The position numbers and the translations under genes are program-made. Positions 54,082-64,000 of a stretch of DNA of 64,000 bases are shown piece after piece (position 1 is the stretch's first letter; each line of letters starts with the position of its first letter). The stretch is from the human T2T-CHM13v2.0 reference genome, Homo sapiens: assembly GCF_009914755.1 (NCBI RefSeq), contig NC_060941.1; one strand, 5' to 3'. The notes beneath the pieces were generated by a model, which saw nothing but the letters and a program-made list of their open reading frames with translations, ran no database searches and was not told where the DNA came from.

Positions 54082-56428
54082 TATATGTGTGAAACAGAGA
54101 AAAGGATGTCAAACTACTTAATTTAATTTCTGTAAAATAAACTTCTGAAATTTGAAGCAAACATTTTGCTTGATCAAAATGTGTTCTTCTTCGGGTTGTT
54201 TGATCCCCATTCCATGCAAAAAACAAAACCAAACAAAAAAAGAAACTGCAAAAGCCAGAAAGTGTTACTACGTGGGAAATAAGGCTTCAAATACCTAAAT
54301 GACTTTGAAAGTAGGTATGAGGAAAAATAAAATAGGCCAAGCTTGGGCGGAAACTGTCCCCCAACCAGCCATTGCCATGGCATGTCTTACAAAACGATCC
54401 TTTTATCCTTGGTCTCAAAAAATCAGTACCAGAAAGACTCTCACCTCTGGCACATAAATTCCTGCTACAAAAAGATAATTATACTTCAGCAAGTTATGTT
54501 CTAAGCTTAGCTTTCTCCAGGCTTTATAACGCAGAACTCAGGTTGAAGCTTTCTATAAAACTCTAAATGACACTGTTATACAGCACCTTGTGCTTTGCCA
54601 ATTAAAAAAATAAAAGAATCTAAAATTAAATATTACAGAACTAATGGATAATACAATAGCATACGTGTTAGAATCCAAGTGCTAGCCTCTGGGAATTTTT
54701 CATTATATTTATTTTCTCCCAACTGTTCCTTTTTTTTAAAAAAGTATTGTTTTAGACAGTACATATACATAAATTTAGGTAGGGAAATCTGTTAAATATC
54801 TCTCTGGCACCTGATACCTAAAGACCCTGACTTGAATTAATTTATAAATTGTACCTAATCCATGTTCAAATGAGATTAACAGTAAATTATAGAAAATTAC
54901 TGAGTCTACAGACTAAAATTTTTTTCACATCTTTTGTAATCCACCTTATTTTCACAGCTTGACTAACAAATACAGGTAAGTTTGTCCTCCATCAAATAAT
55001 CCAGAATAATAACTGTAGGCCTGTCATTCATAAGAAACTATAATTTGTTATATTCTGACACTGGCACTTAATAAAATGTTAACAACTAAAATTTCTCTAA
55101 AAATTTCAATACATTACAGTAAAGGAGATAAACAATTTAAGACTGTTTAAATCTGTTACTGTGGAATTCCAATAATTATCATTTTATATGCATAATTGAA
55201 TTCTTAAAATTGTGGCCATTTTCCAAAGACACCAATCTATATTATGACAAACTCAGAAGAGAACCTATCTCCTTCATAAGAATGTTTTTTCCCCCAAGCT
55301 AAAAATTTCCAACATCCTAAACCCAATTACTCTTAGTAAATGTTTTGGTGACTCACACTACTGAAAAAATCTGAAGCAGAGAGTCAAAAAGAATGGAAAG
55401 GATCTCAACCAAAGGTAACCACATATTCTTACACTCTGCTTAAGCAAACACTTAGAAAAGTCAAAGGGATGTTTTGAACAAATATAGATTCAAGGTTATG
55501 GTACAATTCTGATTATATTAAGGCTTTCACTATCATGATCTCTTAAAAGTCTCTCCACTTTAGTGTTCTCCTTCTGATTCATATGGTGAACTTAAGGGGT
55601 TATTAAGGGCCTTGTTTTGGCTTCTCAGTGGGGAACCACTCTATCATCTCTGAATGTTAAAGGTGATCCCACAGAGCTCAAAGAGAAGAGGCAATATGGT
55701 AAGAAACAATTTTAAAGTTTGCAATACCAAGACAACAATGATCAACACTTTGAAGCAAGATGAATAAATTAAAATTCTTGGTTAGACATTAAAGCATTCT
55801 TGCCAAGAATAAGAGTACACTGTATGGAGGGATATTTGATTCCTACATACGAGTCCCAATATGCCCATTACATTTGTTTATGGGAGATACTGCAAGTTTA
55901 AGGTAATTTACATTCCTTGGCAATCAAGTCACTGTTATAGGCAACGTCTTTTATTGTTCCATCTGGCACTTGCAAACACCATTCTTGAAGAACCTAGAAA
56001 TGAAGGTCAGTTACTCTGTTTATCAGGAACAGAACCAAATAAAAACAAATTTTTGAAAAAGCAACCAAGAAACTCTGGTTCATCACTATTTTCCATATCT
56101 AATGGTTCCTTCAAGATAAAGCATAACTCTTCCTTTCATGATACTTTCCAACAAAGGGAGATTAAAGAAAAACAGAAAAGAAAGTTCCCCACCCTACCCC
56201 CCATAAATTGTCATTCATACTGGTAAAAGAGCCAGTCTTGTTAGCAGCTAAATATTGCACTGCCTTTCATTCTGTATACAGTCAGGGTCCAATGAAAGTG
56301 GCACACTCATGGTATAAGTGACGGACGATGACACCGCCAGCTCAAGAGTAAAGACTCAGTATACAGAGGGACAAGAAACACGTCAGCACTAGTCACACAT
56401 CCAGTTGTAAAAGTCTGATTTCCAGAAG

Positions 56429-56511
56429 TTAAAATTCATCACTTTCAGCTGCATGAAGTTGTGTGTCATCCGCATCTGTCATGCTGCTCTCCTGGGATTC
56501 ATCTGTTCCCA
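56429..56511 (-). CDS. CDC27: CDC27 (APC3) last coding exon, (M)GTDESQESSMTDADDTQLHAAESDEF*
   Basis: tttttaaAG acceptor, 83 nt, phase matches previous exon, TAA at 56429-56431; matches recalled CDC27 C-terminus. Confidence 0.98.
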
Positions 56512-57251
56512 CTTTAAAAATAAAACAGAAGTCCACAGTAAGTTTTCTGACAAATATGTCCTGTTGGTTCATGAAAACAAGTAAGAAAAATTGTATTATA
56601 TTCAGAGAGATAAAACCCTAAATAAAGGCCCTTAAAAATCCTCATATCCTTTAATAAAATGCAACTCAAGTTTCCTAACTTTATAATAGGTCTGATATTA
56701 GCTTACTGCATTTTACCTTTAAGTTTTAACTACCAAAACTGCCTCTTCCTAATGAGTTCCTTATTCCTGCCCTAGGAATTACAACTAGCTAGTTCTCTGA
56801 GACATTAAAAAAAAAAAATTGACATTTCCCCCAACCTCCAATCACTGACTCCACTTTAAGAATACTCCCTGCTAGTCCACAGAAACACAGACTATAACCT
56901 TCAGTTTCAAAAGGTTTATGGGGTCAGTCTATCAGTCAATCAATCAATCAATCATCTATCTTGCTCTGTCACCTAGGCTGGAGTGCAGTGGCACAATCAT
57001 AGCTCACTGCAGCCTCAAACTCCTGGGCTCAAGTGGTATGATTCTCCTGCCTCAGCCTCCCAAGTAGCTGGGACTATAGACACGTACCACCACAGCCAGC
57101 TACTTTTAAAAATTTGTTTAGAGACAGGGTCTCACTGGCTAGTCGTGAAATCCTAGGCTCAAGCAATCCTCCCACCTCAGCCTCCTGAGTAGCTGCGATT
57201 ACATACGCAAGCCATCATGCCTGGCATATATATACTTTTTTTTTTTTTTGA

Positions 57252-57467
<216 letters not shown>

Positions 57468-57936
57468 TGATCCACCCACCTCCACCTCCCAAAGTGTTGG
57501 AATTACAGGCCTGAGCCACTGCGACTGGCCCCATGGCTTATAATTTTAATTAAAGCCTTTCACCAAGTTTTCTGGAACAAAGGCATCTAATCAGAATTTA
57601 TCTTGTCAGAAATTTCTCCATTCTGTTATTTAAAAAACTACATTTTTATGAAGCAGATAAAACAGTACTGGTTACATATTCAAACATAAATTGAGGTCCA
57701 GGTAAAACTTAGCAATGAATTTGTCAAAGTCACACAGCAAACTAGATCCAGAACAGAGACTCATTATCTGACTTTATATGCATTTTGTTATTACATCACC
57801 CTGTTCAATTTCCCTAAAAGTCCATTTGGTATAATGAAAACACCATGGTTAGAAAAATAAAATAAAAGAGTAGCCTACAAATCCTTATGCAAAAGGTAAC
57901 TTTCTAAATACTCAAAATCATATGTATGATACTTAC

Positions 57937-58093
57937 TGATCTGTTCTTCTTGGGTTATTGGCTCCTCATCATCTGGAAGATAACGCTTATCAATTGCCTC
58001 TTTAATCTGGTTATTGGCTCCTTTAGGATCTAAATCCATAGCCCAAGAGAAATTCATCAGGGCGAGGTGCGTTTGACCTAACTTCTTGTAAAC
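57937..58093 (-). CDS. CDC27: CDC27 penultimate exon, VYKKLGQTHLALMNFSWAMDLDPKGANNQIKEAIDKRYLPDDEEPITQEEQI
   Basis: tttttAG acceptor, GTAAGT donor, 157 nt. Confidence 0.98.
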
Positions 58094-58128
58094 CTAAAAA
58101 TAAACAGCAGCACTACATTTTTCATTAA

Positions 58129-58290
<162 letters not shown>

Positions 58291-58849
58291 TGAGTAGCTC
58301 GGACTACAGGTGCCCACCACCACCCCTGGCTAATTTTTGTATTTTTAGTAGAGACAGGGTTTTGCCATGTTAGCTAGGCTACTCTCAAACTCCTGACTCA
58401 GATGATCCACCTGCCTCCCAAAGTGCTGGGATTACAGGTGTGAGCCACCGCGCCCAGCCTCTACAATTCTAAATATTTATAATTTAAATTAGGCTCCTGA
58501 TTTATGTGCTCTAAACTCATTCTAAGGGTAGGACATTTTCTTCCTACAGATGAACTCATACCAGCTTTTGAGTTCCTTTTAATATAATCAGACATTATTT
58601 TCAGAATTCCTTGCTTCTATCTTTCAGGTAGTAAGTTTCCAATAAATATCACTCTGACTGGAGCAATGATAATGGGATTAAATGGATTATAAACTGCTTA
58701 ATTAACTTTCATTTACAGTGATTTTAAATTGAGTTATATCAACTCTTTACAACTGTCCACAGTCACCTTAACTAATTGGCATATGGAGGTCTAGTCTGTA
58801 AAAAACTGACTAGTCTGGCCTTGGGACTCTCAGAAGCCATTTCTCTTAA

Positions 58850-59122
<273 letters not shown>

Positions 59123-59377
59123 TAAACTCCTGACCTCACGTAATCTACCTGCCTAGGCCTCCCAAAGTGCTGGGATTACAGGCGTGAGGCACCATGCCTG
59201 GCTAGGATATCATTTTATTAAGTGTTAGAACTAAATCTGTTATTCCCAGAGCACTCAGTTCGGAGCTTTAGTTTAATTTGCTCAATAGATATGTACAGGA
59301 AGTATTACATTTATTCTTATAAAATGTCATTATTTGCTATGAAAGTCACTGTTTGGGACCATGACCCCAGTCTTTAC

Positions 59378-59452
59378 CTTTCCTATTAAGAAGTAAACGA
59401 GGGATTCTTTGGGAACAATTTGTTTCAATTCTTCAAGTTCTTGTAAAGCAGA
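59378..59452 (-). CDS. CDC27: CDC27 third-from-last exon (TPR region), SALQELEELKQIVPKESLVYFLIGK
   Basis: tttttcAG acceptor, GTAAAG donor, 75 nt, phase 0. Confidence 0.97.
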
Positions 59453-59664
59453 CTGAAAAAGGCAAAGAAAAACCTTAAAGTAGCAAAAATTTTTAAAGTT
59501 TTGACCAAGCGTTTTTACTTATTTGATTTCCCAAATCATCTTCACAAAAGCTAACTAAATCTTAATCAATATACTTCCTTATTGTATTAGTTCTTATTGC
59601 TGTGAAAATAAAATGCATACTTATATGACAATAGGTACTAAGAAATGGCAGGCACTCTAGTACA

Positions 59665-59669
<5 letters not shown>

Positions 59670-59720
<51 letters not shown>

Positions 59721-59764
59721 CTCTTCGTGAAATATGCAGGTGGTAACAATCCTTGCTTTTGGTC

Positions 59765-59810
<46 letters not shown>
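59670..59810. repeat. (CA)n at ~59670-59717 and (TATC)n at ~59765-59810
   Basis: Direct inspection. Confidence 0.95.
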
Positions 59811-60109
59811 TCATTTTTATTTATTGAGGTGGAGTCTCGCTCTGTTGCCCAGGCTGGAGTGCAGTGGCGCCATCTCTGCTCTCTGCAATCTCCGCTTCTC
59901 AGATTCAAGCAATTCTCCTGCCTCAGCCTCCCGCGTAACTGGGATTACAGGCATGCGCCACCACACCCAGCTAATTTTTGTATTTTTAGTAGAGACGGGG
60001 TTTCACCATGTCAGCCAGGCTGGTCTTGAACTCCTGACCTCAAGTAATCTGCCCGCCTCAGCCTACCAAAGTGCTGGGATTACAGGCGTGAGCCACCATG
60101 CCCGGCCCA

Positions 60110-60595
<486 letters not shown>

Positions 60596-60757
60596 TAATG
60601 CCTAATTTTGTTTTGTATTTTTAGTAGAGATGGGGTTTCACTAAAGTTGCCCAGGCTGGTCTTGAACTCCTGACCTCAGGTGATCCACCTGCCTTGGCCT
60701 CCCAAAGTGCTAGGATTACAGTTGTGAGCCACTGCACCCGGCCTTACTTTAAAGAAA

Positions 60758-60788
<31 letters not shown>

Positions 60789-62887
60789 GAGATGGCGTTT
60801 CACTCTATCACCCAGGCTGGAGTGTGGTGTCGTGATCTTGGCTCGCTACAACCTCTCCCTCCCAGTGTCAAGTGATTCTCCTGCCTCAGCCTCCTGAGCA
60901 GCTGGAATTACAGGCGTGTGCCACCATGCCTGGCTAATTTTTGTATTTTTAGTAGACACGCGGTTTCACCATATTGGCCAGCTGGTCTCGAACTTCTGAC
61001 CTCAAGTGATCCTCTCACCTTGGCCTCCCAAAGTGCTGGGATTACAGGCGTGAGCCATCATGCCTAGCCTTTAAAGAAATCTTTTTTTTTTTCCCTGAGA
61101 TGGAGTTTTGCTCTGTCGTCCAGCCTGAAATGCAGTGGCTCACTGCAACTCCCACCTCCCAGGTTGAAGCGATTCTCCTGCTTCAGCCTCCCAAGTAGCT
61201 GTGATTACAGGCGCCCGCCACCATGCCTGGCTAATTTTTGTATTTTTAGTAGAGATGGGGTTTCACCATGTTGGCCAGGCTGGTCTTGAACTCCTGACCT
61301 CCTGATCCACCCGCCTCAGCCTCCCAAAGTGCTGGGATTACAGGCGTGAGCTGCTGCGCCTGGCCTTTAAAGAAATCTTAATCTCTAAGATGACACACTC
61401 CAATCCTCCTTCACTGCTACAACACACACAATTCAGAATTGATATGTTTTCTTTCTATGATTGCATATTATAATTGTTATCAACATTTCATGCAACCAGC
61501 ATGCCTATCCCCACCCCCAGCGATCTAATTACAAGGACTCATTGAGAAATAGTGTCTCACATAGCATCAGAGCTCTTACTTTTACCTTAAAGACTTAAGA
61601 TTTAAATAATTAAATATCAGTACAGCACATTAAATAAGGTGATGGCTAGCAATGTTTTAGAGATGTTGAAATGGCCCCCTTGATTTTCATTTTGGAGCCA
61701 GAAAATCTCAGAAGCAATCATTAACTTTTCTTTCTTTTTTTCAAGTGACCAGGGAATGACACAGCCCCAGGAGATCCTGAGAACATGTACCTTTTAACTT
61801 TTCCTTATGCCCTTTTCATACAGTCACATTTCTATATCTAATCCATGCAGCAAATTAGGCCTCATAATTCAGCGAAGCCCCAAGCTCATACCCAAAAATG
61901 GCTATAACTGGGAGTTTTTCTGAGTCTACTGTGGCTCAGGGGGCTGCCTGATATAATAATGATAATGATAATAACAACAAAAGAGGGAGTCTCTCTGGTC
62001 CTACTTTGGATTGGAAGGCTGCCTAATTAAACAAACAAAGAAAACCCCACAAAAATGGCTATCACTATATATATCATAGTCCAGACAACTGATGAGATTA
62101 GAACTTGGGTTTCTTGAAGCAAGTAAACGCTGATTTATGTGGCCTATCTGGTAGGTATGTTGGTATTAAAATGGCTTTAAGAATAATGAATAAAGTCCTT
62201 CATATCTAAAGAGGTACATAAAGCAAATACATAAAAACAAATACTGATTTGCAATTATAGTACTTCAAAGAGTAGTTAAAAGTTGAAACGGGCTTATTAG
62301 ATTTAAAATAAGCTTTATGAAAAAAATTTTTTTTTGAGACAGAGTCTCCCTCTGTTGCCCAAGCTGGAATGCAGAGGTGTGATCTGGGCTCACAGCAACC
62401 TCCGCCTCATGGGTTCAAGCGATTCTCATGCCTCAGCCACTTGAGTAGCTGGGATTACAGGAGTGCACCACCAGGCCCAGCTAATTTTTGTATTTTCAGT
62501 AGAGACAGGGTTTCACCATGTTGGCCAGGCTGGTCTTGAACTCCTGGCCTCAAGTGATCTGGCTGCCTTGGCCTGTCAAAGTGCTGGGATTACAAGCATG
62601 GGCCACGGCACCTGGCCCTAAAAGAAGGTTTTTAAAGACTCCAGTTAGATAAAAAAATTAGCTGAGCATGGTGGCTTATGCCTGTAGTCCTGGGTACAAG
62701 GAATTCAGCCTAGGAATTTGAGGCTTCAGTGAGCTATGATTGCACCACTGCACTCCAGCTTGGGCAACAGAGCAAGAAAAACAAAAACTAAAGAAAGACA
62801 AGCTTTTTAAAAGGACAAAACCAGTAAAAATAGAAACCCGTGTCTTCATAAAGAAGATAGAATAAAACTAAAGGAATTACTAGATAA

Positions 62888-63205
<318 letters not shown>

Positions 63206-63576
63206 TGAGCCACTGTGCCTGGCCCTATTTTTTTTTTGTTTTTTAAGACAGGGTCTAGCTTTGTGGCCCAGGCTGAAGTGCAGTGGCGCGAAAACAGCTC
63301 ACTGCAACCTCCGCCTCCTGAGCTCAAGCCATCCTCTCATTTCAGCTTCCTGAGTAGCTGAGAGTACAGGCACACGTCACCACACCTGGCTAATTTTTGT
63401 ATTTTTTTTGGTAGAGATGGGGTTTTGCCATGTTGCCCAGGCTGGTCTCAAGTTCCGTGGACTCATGTGATCTGCCTGCCTCTTCCTCCAAAGTGACGGG
63501 ATTATAGGGATTTTTATTAGTATTAAAAAAAAGTTATCACTGGTTTGGTATATTTCTTTCTATTTTTCTTTTGTGA

Positions 63577-63855
<279 letters not shown>

Positions 63856-64000
63856 TGAATTTATTTTAAAAGATTTTGCTTCATGGTTTCTGATTGAATA
63901 AATGATAACAAAAATCTCGTGTCTTTTTGCCTCTTATCTCTTTCTCAGTTTCCTTATCTTCTTTTTTCAATACTTGTTTCAGGCTAAGCATACATAATTT

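Larger units (their letters stand above)
53195..56428 (-). other. CDC27: CDC27 3' UTR (long form)
   Basis: Alu-free AT-rich sequence from the stop codon to the distal AATAAA at 53214-53219; end position inferred. Confidence 0.75.

Noticed and set aside
57875-57936. C-terminal part of ORF 57875-58057 (SKYHTYDF...)
   Set aside because: Intron read-through beyond the GTAAGT donor of the CDC27 exon
61740-62030. Short LTR-like scraps in the CDC27 intron
   Set aside because: Too short and degenerate to classify by eye

Overview
Primate (almost certainly human) genomic DNA, very Alu-rich, which I place at 17q21.32 because it carries the 3' end of CDC27 on the minus strand: the last three coding exons (59378-59452, 57937-58093, 56429-56511) and a ~3.2 kb 3' UTR containing a MADE1 hairpin. 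The left half is a mosaic of gene relics. It holds a G-to-A-hypermutated HERV-IP/LTR10-type provirus remnant (~300-4200, minus). A duplicated PLEKHM1 exon 2 (8573-8661, plus) is followed closely by an apparent junction into sequence carrying a duplicated KANSL1 exon 3 (16254-16395, minus, donor destroyed). A CpG-island promoter and first exon (~35350-35870, minus) points toward that exon. This arrangement is what a staggered inversion breakpoint between ancestral PLEKHM1 and KANSL1/CDC27 would leave, and it is the most interesting signal here. Most ORF-track entries are Alu/L1/LTR-derived or chance ORFs. I see no convincing new protein-coding system. Gene and repeat identities come from recalled sequences rather than searches, and repeat boundaries are approximate.
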